From: Octopus sinensis
Lineage: Eukaryota
Length of the DNA: 64,000 nt
Assembly: GCF_006345805.1 (NCBI RefSeq)
Contig: NC_043025.1
Coordinates: forward strand, 12,710,001 to 12,774,000
Direction: 5' to 3'
Under the pieces are notes generated by a model. The model saw nothing but the letters and a program-made list of their open reading frames with translations. It did not search any database and was not told the origin of the DNA. The position numbers and the translations under genes are program-made. Shown here piece after piece: positions 1-11,531 of the stretch; position 1 is the stretch's first letter; every line of letters begins with the position of its first letter.

Positions 1-27
1 ACTGTCAAAAATAAGAAAATTGACTTC

Positions 28-715
28 GTGCAGAGAGAAACCATAGAAAAATGTTTGAGGCCGATATGGCAACAAACTACATATATAACAAGGGGCAGTC
101 GCTTCGGAACGGTAGAGGTGCGTTTCCCTAGCGAAGAAATAGCTAGGGAACATTCAACAAGAACGTTGAAGTCGGAAGAAGTAGTTCTTTTACCATTTTA
201 TTTAGGAATGAGAACTAGCAGAATAACAGTTACGGACATTCCGCCTGAAATAGATGTGGACTTCATAACAGCAGCGATTCTCTTAGGCAAAAAGGAAGAA
301 ATTGCCATTCTTCAGTCTAAAAGATATCGCCCCACGACCTGGTATGGACAAGACTTAGAACTTGTGATCCAAGCGAACCCCTCGGACTTGGAAAAATTGC
401 CAAGCTCCCTCACCATTGGAGATAATACCAGCTTGATGGTAATAGTCGAGGGAAGAAAACCTAGGTGCTATAAATGTGGCGAGAAAGGCTACATAAGGTC
501 GAGCTGCAAGAAGAAGACAGCCAAAGAAAATAGTGCAGAGGCAAGCACGACGCCGAAAACAAGAACTACACTGCTAGAAATAGCAGCTGCATCGCATGCA
601 CAAAATACCAAAGAACAGCCAGCAGCGCAAGAAGGCAACAACTAGGAGTGGGTCACCGTGGGACCATCAAAGAGAAGACAGAAATGGAAAGACCCCACCC
701 TCTTCGGATACATAA
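28..715 (+). mobile_element. Non-LTR retrotransposon ORF1 (gag-like, RRM-like region + zinc knuckle; L1/Tx1-type) remnant
   Basis: GRKPRCYKCGEKGYIRSSC knuckle (His replaced by Tyr); homologous to the ORF at 2774; frame continues after TAG 643-645 as EWVTVGPSKRRQKW. Confidence 0.75.
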
Positions 716-946
716 GACTATGCAATCGTTGCATGAAAAGTGGGCAAAAATTCCGCAAAAGACAATCACAAAGATCCTCAGTTCAATGCCAAAAAGAGTT
801 TCTGAATTAAAAACTGCAAACGGAATGTCAACCAAATACTAAAGTACGTAGTCCTACCTATCGATTACATTGCAAATCTTTGCTTTGCGCATCAAACAAA
901 CGAGTTTGAAAATTACAGGTGTGTATTTACCTCTTGCACACCTGTG
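715..946 (+). mobile_element. Tc1/mariner transposon 3' end fragment
   Basis: LHEKWAKIPQKTITKILSSMPKRVSELKTANGMSTKY* is the typical Tc1 transposase C-terminus (W..IP...SMP.R....G..TKY). Followed by a TIR-like end cacacctgtg then TA. Confidence 0.75.
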
Positions 947-1400
947 TATATATATCTTCTATCTTTTACTTCTCCCTGTCATTAAACAGTGGCCACGCTG
1001 GGGCAACTCCTTGAAAAACAAATCGGCCCCAGTACTTATTTTTTTTGAAGCCTGGTACTTACTCCTTTTGCCGAACTGCTAAGTTACGGGGATGTAGACA
1101 ACCAACACTGGTTGTCAAGTAGTGGTGGTGGTCACAAAGACACACAAATATATACATATAATATAGACTGCAATCAGATGTGATCTCACAACTTCTGAAT
1201 ATAGCCCTGGGCTTTACTTTTAACCTTCTATCCTTACCATTAAGGACCTACTGACTCTCTGATGAAGCTTTCGAGTTCAATTTTTGTATATGTCAACTTT
1301 AGCACATTGGATACCCAAAGCAGAAACGGCTGTAAGACAAGAGTTGTATTTATCTATTCCCATGGTTGTAATGAATTGCCAGAGCAGCCAACTGGCTTCC

Positions 1401-2420
1401 GTGCCAGTGGCACGTAAAAGGGCACCATTCGAGCGAGGTCGTTACCAGAGTGGTCTTACTGGCACCTGTGCTGGTGGCACGTAAAAGGGCACCATCCGAG
1501 CGTGATCGTTACCAGAGTCGTCTTACTGGCACCTGTGCCAGTGGCACGTAAAAGGGCACCATTCGAGCGTGATCGTTACCAGAGTCGTCTTACTGGCACG
1601 TAAAAGGGCACCATTCGAGCGTGATCGTTACCAGAGTCGTCTTACTGGCACCTGTGCCAGTGGCACGTAAAAGGGCACCATTCGAGCGTGATCGTTACCA
1701 GAGTCGTCTTACTGGCACCTGTGCCAGTGGCACGTAAAAGGGCACCATTCGAGCGTGATCGTTACCAGAGTCGTCTTACTGGCACCTGTGCCAGTGGCAC
1801 GTAAAAGGGCACCATTCGAGCATGATCGTTACCAGAGTCGTCTTACTGGCACCTGTGCCAGTGGCACGTAAAAGGGCACCATTCGAGCGTGATCGTTACC
1901 AAAGTCGTCTTACTGGCACCTGTGCCAGTGGCACGTAAAAGGGCACCATTCGAGCGTGATCGTTACCAGAGTGGTCTTACTGGCACCTGTGCCAGTGGCA
2001 CGTAAAAGGGCACCATCCGAGCGTGATCGTTACCAGAGTGGTCTTACTGGCACCTGTGCCGGTGGCACGTAAAAGGGCACCATTCGAGCGTGATCGTTAC
2101 CAGAGTGGTCTTACTGGCACCTGTGCCAGTGGCACGTAAAAGGGCACCATCCGAGCGTGATCGTTACCAGAGTGGTCTTACTGGCACCTGTGCCGGTGGC
2201 ACGTAAAAGGGCACCATTTGAGCGTGATCGTTACCAGAGTGGTCTTACTGGCACCTGTGCTGGTGGCACGTAGAAGGGCACCATTCGAGCGTGATCGTTA
2301 CCAAAGTCGTCTTACTGGCACGTAAAAGGGCACCATTCAAGCGTGCTTGTTACCAAAGTCGTCTTACTGGCACCTGTGCTGGTGGCACATAAAAGGGCAC
2401 CATTCGAGCGAGGTCGTTGC
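1401..2420 (+). repeat. 67-bp minisatellite, about 15 units, matching a module of an RTE LINE 3' UTR
   Basis: Unit starts at 1401, 1468, 1535; same module occurs in RTE copies at 29.7, 30.6 and 37.3 kb. Confidence 0.92.
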
Positions 2421-2499
2421 CACACCAGGGAACAATGGAGTGAGCTACAAGGTATATAAATATTGCCCGAAAATACGTTTGCAGCTATTTGCACTGCTA

Positions 2500-2690
2500 C
2501 GAGAACTGTTGAGGAAAAAAGCTGTGATTGAAAAAGATTTAGAGCTTGTGATCCAAGCAAACCCCTCAGACTTAGAAAAATTGCCCAGTTCCCTTACAAC
2601 TGGAGAAAATACAAGCATGATGGTGGTAGTTGAGGGTAGAAAGCCCAGGTGTTACAAATGTGGCAAGGAAGGCCACATAAGGTCGAGCAT
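2500..2690 (+). mobile_element. Second short copy of the ORF1 zinc-knuckle region
   Basis: DLELVIQANPSDLEKLPSSLT..GRKPRCYKCGKEGHIRSS is nearly identical to the 28-645 ORF. Confidence 0.8.
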
Positions 2691-2773
2691 GCGTCGAGTT
2701 TTGACAAGGCGAACGGAATCTTTTGAGCTGCTTGCCAGCGGTTTCTCGGCGAGTGTTGTACTAGTGGAAGAGA

Positions 2774-3910
2774 ATGTATTCAGACCTTAGCGAGTATGAA
2801 CTATCCTCATCAGAGGAGGAGCTCGTTAAGGCGGTAAACAGAATGGACGAGCATTTGGAAAGAGCAAAGAGTTTTGCTGACGCGGCAGAGGTAAAGAAAA
2901 AGGAAGTAGACCCAACCGAACTGAAGGAGCTGTGTAAGATGACACTGGAGGTGGGAAGTGACGTAAAGTTATTATCCCGGAAAAGGGTTATGGTAAATAT
3001 GGAAAAGAAGACTATTACCTACATGGTGCACTCAGTGGAGAGTAGGAGTGTGGAGCGGATGAAGATGGAAAAAGTAGAAGCTCTGAAGGGGCTTTCGAAG
3101 GAAGTAAGATATATAGCAAAAGGAAGCGGATATGGGACGGTGGTTGTCCAGTTTGGGACAGAAGAGGAGGCAAAGAGGCTGGCAAGTACAACTGCAAAAT
3201 CTGAGGAACTAGTACTTCTACCCACTTACCTTGGAAGAAAGACTTCCAAGGTGAGGGTAGAAGGAATTCCACCTGATATAAAAGTGGCTTGGGTTGCGGC
3301 AGCCGTCCTCGTTGGAAGTGAGGAGGAGATGACTGTCCTCCAAGCCACAGAGACAGAGGAAGGAAGCTACAGAGGAAAAATACTGGAAATGATCATAGAA
3401 GCGGAGGCGAAGGAGCTGGAAAATTTGGCGGAAACGGTGACGATGAGAGAAATAGTATTGAGAGTATGGGTAGAGGGCAGAATCCCGCGATGCTTTAAAT
3501 GTGGCCAAAAAGGCCACATTAGAGCACACTGCCCACTACAGAAGAAAAAGATAGAGGAAAAAACAGATGAACCAGTTGTGGAGACAAAGGAGAGAAAATA
3601 GGATGAAAAGAAAGACGGACGAAAGGAGGAAGAATGGATAGTTGCAGAGGGAAGAAGAGGAAGAAAAGAAAGAACACTGAGTGTGATATCGTACCCCAGT
3701 CCAACTCCATCCCACCCACTCCCTTTCCCCCACAAGAAAAAAGAGCAGACACCACAGGATTTAGAAAACCCCTCCCCCGGTGAAAAAGGCAGCGAGAGAA
3801 TGTTGTCATTAAGCGATAGTGAGAGCGGAAATAGAAGGATCAGACCAGGGACTAAAGACGAATTCGGACTCAAAGGCAGCGACTGGTGTTACTCAGAGTG
3901 GGGTGAGTAG
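2774..3910 (+). pseudogene. L1/Tx1-type ORF1 with intact CCHC knuckle and one internal stop
   Basis: RIPRCFKCGQKGHIRAHCP. The same frame continues after TAG 3599-3601 without stops to TAG 3908-3910. No ORF2 follows. Confidence 0.8.
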
Positions 3911-4362
3911 CAAACTCTTCATATTTTCATTTTCAGATATCATGCATGTTATCATAAACTTAATTTATTTTCTCAGTATCCTTTTATATTTACATATTCT
4001 TAATTGTTATTACACACATGTGAGCGAGAACACTTTGAGATATTTTTGGTATCTAACATATGTCAGATACTGCGAGCGCTGCTTCTGATTGGTCAATCCA
4101 TGGTGATGACCCGAGGTCACGGTGACGGCACTACTTTTGTCATTCATAAGTTAGAACTAAACTTCATTCATTACTTTCACGAGCAGGTAGAATGTAGCCA
4201 TGTAATTAAACAAACATACTATCTTTTTTTATACCAGATATCACTTAAAGTCATATACACATAAAATATAAACATTTCTGGTGGTAATTCAATTTTTTGT
4301 TGCCCAAAAAATCCCAACATATTTCGTCTGCTCGTCGATACTCTTGCAGTGCAGGTAGATCT

Positions 4363-5155
4363 ATGAACGAGATGGCTACTGTTGTCGATATCAAGGTGAA
4401 TGATTTTGTTAAGATTGATGGTAAAGATGGGGGAAGAGTGTTATCCGTTGTTCAACCTCTTGGAACATACAGAATGTTCAAAGTGAAGATCAATACTGGC
4501 CAAGTTCGACAGGTTAACGAAGGTACCTGAAACAGTGTCATCGAACCCTAGATCTAACATCTCTGATGAGGTGTACAATGATCTTCTTCGTGACGATTTC
4601 TTTGATGAGAGCAATAATGAACTTGAATTTCAACCGAGGTATAATCATTCTGGAATAGACAAATTCATTCAAGGTAACCAAAATAAAAATACTCTTCGGA
4701 AAACAAACTATGATGTTAAACGATTGTTTGCTTTTATGGCAACACGCGTCCAATTGAATCTATCGACAAAAGTGAACTTTGTGACATTCTGTGTACTTTC
4801 TTTATCTCGTTACAAAAGCTGGACGGTAGCAACTATGAACCTTCATCTTTGAGGGGAATGTTATCCAGTATTGAAAGATATCTGAAGTCAAAACACTACT
4901 CGACGTCACTATTCTCCGACGGGACATTCGTGAAACTACGACGTACGAAAAACAAAGCAAAAGGTGTTGAAAAGTGAAGGAATGCGAAACCTACCTCGAC
5001 GTGCGGAATCTCTCTCCGACGATGATATCAACAAGCTATGGGAATGTGACCAGCTCGGTCCGAACACACCTGAATCCATCTTCAACACGCTATGGTGGAA
5101 CAACACCGTTCACTTTGGTATCCGGAGTGTCAAACCTCACAACGACATGCGCTAT
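4363..5155 (+). mobile_element. Decayed Crypton (DUF3504 / KIAA1958-QRICH1-ZMYM-like) tyrosine recombinase, frameshifted and 3'-truncated
   Basis: Collinear frameshifted pieces: NKNTLRKTNYDVKRL; RPIESIDKSELCDILCTFFISLQKLDGSNYEPSSLRGMLSSIERYLK; NLPRRAESLSDDDINKLWECDQLGPNTPESIFNTLWWNNTVHFGIR (catalytic Arg box at 5111-5125). Confidence 0.82.
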
Positions 5156-5344
5156 AAAGTCAGACTATCTTCCTGCGGCATGACATCTTTTACAGTTCCA
5201 CATTGTGACGTCACTGACGTGAAATCAAGCTGTATTCATGCGCGCTTCAACACGATGCTCAAAAATACCCTCCGTAATGCAAAACAGCTGTATGAAATGA
5301 ACGCGCAAAAGATTTTCAACCAAAAAATTGACAAAAGCCGGAGT

Positions 5345-5850
5345 TTAGCCTGCTAAATTTTAGGTTTATCCACTGGGGTGCGAGGTACACAACGGCGGCT
5401 GATTGGGTCAGGTCAAAAGCAATTTTGATATAGAAAACGAGTTGGTAGGATACCTGCCAAATTTTAGGTTTATCCACTGGTGTGTGAGGTACACAACAGA
5501 GGGTGTGCTTTTCAACACCCCTGCGGAGGCTCAAAAATTTGACCCTAACCCTAACTTTGTTTCTTCCCACCTATGGTGGGCAAAAATTGACAAAAGCCTG
5601 AGTGTGTGGGCTGCCACCCGGAATAGAAACTGAATGGATAGAAGATACTTATCTCTTGGGGTCAGGGTGGTGACCCTGCCAGGCTCTTAAATGTAAAAAT
5701 TTTGCCGGCGGCTGATTGGGTAGGGTCAAAAGCAATTTTGATATAGAAAATGAGTTGGTAGGATACCTGCTAAATTTTAGGTTTATCCACTGGGGTGCGA
5801 GGTACACAACGGTGGCTGATTGCGTCAGGTCAAAAGCAATTTTGAATTTA
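5345..5850. repeat. Dispersed tandem ~106-bp repeat (3 copies), unclassified
   Basis: ctgc(t/c)aaattttaggtttatccactgg at about 5350, 5455 and 5767. Confidence 0.8.
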
Positions 5851-8199
5851 TGGACTCAATCGGCAGTGTCTTAGGTCCTTGGCATCTCTCTACCCAACCA
5901 AATCTCAAACATCAGAGGACAATTGCTAGTGTTTAAGATTCAAAAGAAGAAATAAACTTTTTTTTCAATGAAGCCATCAGGGTTGGAGGAATACAAGAGA
6001 AAAATGAAAACCCTTCAGACAGGGAAACTTAATTAATGATAAACAATTATTGTTATATTTCAGGATGTTGATTCCCTCCTCCCAATTAAACACATGCACG
6101 ATATACTCCTTCACTTCAGATTTAATATAATTCTTATTTTAGCGTCCTTTGTCTGAAATCTTTCATCACACATCCTGTGACCTCTTCAACAGCTCTCCAT
6201 CCCATGTGTTTCCTCCAGTTCTGTTTAATCCATTATGTATTATACTGTTTGTATCAGTGCCTTTTGTTTTTCAAAACCTATACACACACACACAAAAGAC
6301 ACACATAAACATACTTAAGACGGAATGAGAAAGAAAAACAGAGAAATAAGAACCGTAAATCCTCGAGTATAATCTACTCTTAAGTATAATACTCGGGATT
6401 TTTAGGAGGCTGTACCTCTGAAAAACCTAAACTTTGTGTATAATATGCACCCGTTCTCTAACTTGAGTTGTGTGAAATTAAGCCATCAGCACCTAGTCGA
6501 ACAAAAACTTCTGCACATGCGTAATACAATAACGGTGATGTTCTTAACTGTTATATGGGAATGTAAATATGTTTGCAAATTGTTTTTGTTACATGTTATT
6601 CTGTATTCTGAATACTTTTATTTTAATAAACATTGCTTACTGCAAGTTATGGATGATTCTTTTATGACTTCTTTGCTTTTAGGCTTAGCTTAAGTATTTT
6701 CGAGCCCGACATCACAAAATGCATCTGAATAAATATTGCCGGACAGCAAATAGAGACTCGGACATTGCTTAGAAAATACTTTTCATTTTTAACCTCGTAT
6801 ATAGTACGCACTAGGGATTCTGACCTTTAAATTTTGGGGGGAAAATGCGGATTATACTTGAGGATTTACGGTAAATAATAAAAAAAACTAAAAGTTATGG
6901 GTACGAACAGTATAGTAAGTAAACCCATATACATATGCACAGGTAGAAATGCAAATGCATGCACAGATATAGAAAGATAGAACGGACTAAACAGAATGGG
7001 AGACACATGGGATGGAGAGTTACTGAAGAGGTCACAGGAGACGTGACAAAAGATTTTCAGACAACGGATATAAAATAAGAATGATAAGAAAGCTGAAGAG
7101 AAGAACAAATCCATAGGTGTGTGTTTATTTGGCAAGCACAAAAAAAAAAAAAAAAAAAAAAAAGACCACCCCCAAAATATAACGACACCCGTTTCGACAG
7201 GATTTCACATCAGTAATCTTGCGGAAAACAAATGCATAAATGTAACAATTAAACAATTAACAATGTCATATAATAAGGTTTGCAACAGGTTTTTATGTTA
7301 TTTCTTTTGTTTTTGCCACAATCCCACTGATGATGGCGGGACCCAACAAAATATGGTTTCACTTATTTGTCTGTGTGTGAACATATATACATAGCTATAA
7401 TATATACACATGCATTTATGTGTATATATAATAGATATACGTTTTCTGTGTGTATACATGTATGTATGTGTTATGTGCATTTGTTACTCTTACTCTTTTA
7501 CATGTTCCAGTCATCTGACTGTGGCCATGCTGGAGCACTGCCTTTTTAGTCGAGCAAATCGACCCCAGGACTTATTCTTTGTAATCCTAGTACTTATTCT
7601 CTTTTTTTCATTTGCCAAACCGCTAAGTTACGGGGATGTAAACAAAGACACACAAACATATATATATATACGACGGGCTTCTTTTCAGTTTCCATCTACC
7701 AAATCCACTCACAAGGCTTTGGTCGGCCCGAGGCTATAGTAGAAGACACTTGCCCAAGATGTCATGCAGTGGGACTGAACCTGGAACCTTGTGGTTGGTA
7801 AGCAAGCTACTTACCACACAGCCACTCCTGCGCCTATATATATATATATATATATATATATACGACGGGCTTCTTTCAGTTTCCGTCTACCAAATCCACC
7901 CACAAGGCTTTGGTTGGCCTGAGGCTATAGTAAAAGACACTTGCCCAAGATGTCACGCAGTGGGACTGAACCAGGAACCCTGTGGTTGGTAAGCAAGATA
8001 CTTACCACACGGCCACTCCTTCGCCTATTCTGTTAATAATAATTATAAGCCTTTTGGCTTATAAGTGTTTAGTCTGTATAATAATGTCTATAGAAAATAC
8101 TTTCTTTATTACCCACTAGGGGCTTTTTTCCGGGCTGCATCTAGGGACACGTGTTTCAGGATGATTGTCCTTCGTCGGCCTAAAGTAGCAGACACCGGT

Positions 8200-8409
8200 C
8201 TGGCTATAGAAAATAGTCTAACACTGAGGCATATAAGCCCTCGACAAAAAAAAAAAAAAAAAAAAAAAAAAAGGACTAGTGAGCATGAGAATTGAACCCA
8301 CGTTTTATTCTTGCTATAAGGGTGCTAATACCCAAACACATACTATCCATTTTTTTCCCCCCCATCATGGGCTTATATACCCCAATACTAGACTATTTTC
8401 TATAGCCAG
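8200..8409. mobile_element. MITE with ~41-bp imperfect TIRs
   Basis: ctggctatagaaaatagtcta (8200) and tagactattttctatagccag (to 8409) are perfect 21-bp inverted copies. Confidence 0.75.
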
Positions 8410-8671
8410 TATGATTGATTGATTGATTCTAGTTTCAGCTCATGAGCTGTGGCCATGCTGGGGCACCGCCATTAGTATGCAGTCAATGCTTAAAAGTTTT
8501 AGTAAATAATAATGATTATTTAGAAAATTTTCACTTGTCACCGGGTTTTTTTCATTTAACACACACATCTTATTTTGGGTTTTTGTTCCAATCACTGAAC
8601 TGTAGCCTTGCTGGGGAAACCATCTGGAATAATTTTAGTCAAATGAATTTGACCCCATTATTTTTTTTTAA

Positions 8672-8892
8672 CCCTTTAGCATTCAGATTATTTTGTCAAA
8701 TCTAATGCTTATTTATTCACCTTGTTTTGAATCAACCATGCATTGTCTCATGGCTTCAAGATTTCAATAATGGGATTGCATATTTTTCAGAATCACATTG
8801 TGGGATAGGTATGAAAAGTTGGATCTGGCCAATTTGGGCATAAAACAAGTAGAATATTTGGGCCGGAAATGGCCGGTTTGAATGCTAAAGGG
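8672..8892. mobile_element. piggyBac-like MITE (TTAA target sites); related copies near 18760-18972 and 59811-60030
   Basis: TTAA|ccctttagcatt ... aatgctaaaggg|TTAA. Confidence 0.82.
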
Positions 8893-10356
8893 TTAAAGCT
8901 TTACTCTTTTACTCGTTTCAGTCATTTGACTGCGGCCATGCTGGAGTACCGCTTTTAGTCGAGCAAATCGACCCTGGGACTTATTCTTTGTAAGCCCAGT
9001 ACTTATTCTATGGATCTCTTTTGCCGAGCCGCTAAGTTACGGGGACAAACACAGACACACAAACATATATATATATATATATACATACACACGACAGGCT
9101 TCTTTCAGTTTCCGTCTACCAAATTCACTCACAAGGCTTTGGTTGGCCCGAGGCTATAGCAGAAGACACTTGCCAAGGTGCCACGCAGTGGGACTGAACC
9201 CGGAACCCTGTGGTTGGTAAGCAAACTACTTACCACACAGCCACTCCTGCGCTTGGTAACTTATTCTATTGGTCTCTTTTGCCAAACCACTAAGTTATGA
9301 GGAAATAATCAGACCAACACACAAACACATATATATATACATATATACGACGGGCTTCTTTCAGTTTCCATCTACCAAATCCACTCACAAGGCATTGGTC
9401 GGCCCGGGGCTATAGCAGAAGACACTCGCCCAAGATGCCACGCAGTGGGACTGAACCCGGAACCATGTGGTTGCTTAGCAAGCTACTTACCACACAGCCA
9501 CTCCTGCGACTATAAACCAAAGATTAATTAATTTGGTATCATTCGTTTCTAAGAGCCTGTGTAACCATTTCTGGGGTGTTTGTCATTTGATGAGTCAAGA
9601 AGCGTAGTCAAGAGGGGTACCCAGCTGTATGAAACTCTGCCTCAACACAACACTCATCTAACCCATGCTGGCATAGAAAAGTAAACATGAAAAACCATAT
9701 ATATATACATTTACATCTTTTATCTTTTACTTGTTTCAGTCATTAAACCGTGGCCATGCTGGGGCAACACCTTGAAGAATTTTTAGTCACATAAATCAAC
9801 TCCAGTGCTATTATTGTTTTTTTTAAAAACCTGGTACTTATTGTAGTAAGCAATGGGGATGTAAACAAACCAACACCAGTTGTCAAGTGATGGTGTGAGG
9901 GAACAGACACAGACACAAAATGTACACACACGCACAGACAGGTGTGGCTGTGTGGTAAGCAGCTTGCTTACCGACCACATGGTTCCCGGTTCAGTCCCAC
10001 TTCATGGCACCTTAGACACGTGTCTTCTACTATAGCCCTGGGTTGACCAAAGCCTTGTGAGTGGATTTGTTAGACGGAAACTGAAAGAAGCCCACTGCGT
10101 GCATGTATATGCGTGTTTGCATCTGTGCCTCCTCACACACACCATCCTCTGATAACCGGTATTGGTTTATTGACATCCCCGTAACTTAGCAGTTTGGCAA
10201 AAGAGACTGATGGAATAAGTACCAGGCTTTGAAAGTCTTGCAGTCGATCCATTTGATTAAGAATTTGTCAAAATGGTGCCCCAGCATGGCTGCAGTGGTG
10301 GCATCATTTGAAAGCTAGAACCATATAAGAAAGCACACTGTGACCAGCGATATGTA

Positions 10357-10401
<45 letters not shown>

Positions 10402-10799
10402 CGCAGGCATAGCTGTGTGGTAAGAAGTCTGCTTTGCAACCACATGGTTTTGGGTTCAGTCCCACTTGGTGCACCTTACGCAAGCATTATCTACTATAGC
10501 CTTGTGAGTGGATTTGGTAGATGGAGACTAAAAGAAGCCCGTTGTATATCTGTCTATATACACGTGTGTGTCTTTCATGTCCCCCCCCCACCACAACTTG
10601 ACAACTGGTGTTGATGAGTTCATGTCCCCCCGTAACTGAGCGGTTCGGCAAAAGAGATTAATAGAATAAGTTTTCAGGCTTAACAATAAAAATTTTACGA
10701 GGGTTGATTTAGTTGACTGGTAATTCTTCGAAGTGGTGCCCCAGCATGGCCGCAGTCTAATGACTGAAACAAGTAAAAGATGATAGGTGTGTGTGTGGG

Positions 10800-10804
<5 letters not shown>

Positions 10805-10843
<39 letters not shown>

Positions 10844-11269
10844 AGTATATAAATATATGCAGATATATATATATTCATATACATATATATATACATATAT
10901 ATATATACATATATATACATATATATATATACACATATATATATACATATATATACATATATATATATATACACATATATATACATATATATATACACAT
11001 ATATATACATATATATATATACATATATATATACACATATATATATACATATATATATATACATATATATATACATATATATATACATATATATATATAC
11101 ACACATATATATATATATACACATATATATGCATATATATATACACACCATATATATATACACACACACATATATATATACACACATATATATATATAAT
11201 ATATATATATATATATACACATATATATATATATATATTCATATATGCATATATATATATATTCATATA

Positions 11270-11344
<75 letters not shown>

Positions 11345-11345
11345 G
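10805..11345. repeat. (TA)n/(TACA) microsatellite, probably inside the JADE 3' UTR or just downstream
   Basis: Visible dinucleotide tract starting about 190 nt after the JADE stop. Confidence 0.97.
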
Positions 11346-11531
11346 TACGCATATATAGACGCTATGGCCCGAACACACCCCAGGGTATGGCAGAAGACAA
11401 GTGCCAGAAGTGAAACCGGGACCATTTGGTCATATTCCAGTACCAACACCAACACCAACAAAAAACATACCCAAAAAACCGATGACGGTGGTATTACTTC
11501 ATACGTACGTACATACATACAGAGTTATACT

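Larger units (their letters stand above)
7490..10780. mobile_element. Cluster of tRNA-derived SINE family A copies (CORE-like ccttgggcaag motif), minus-strand at 7.5-9.5 kb and plus-strand at 9.9-10.8 kb
   Basis: Box A tggctgtgtgg and Box B ggttcagtccc heads, internal (TA)n, tail cagcatggccgcagtc..gactgaaacaagtaaaaga. Confidence 0.9.
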
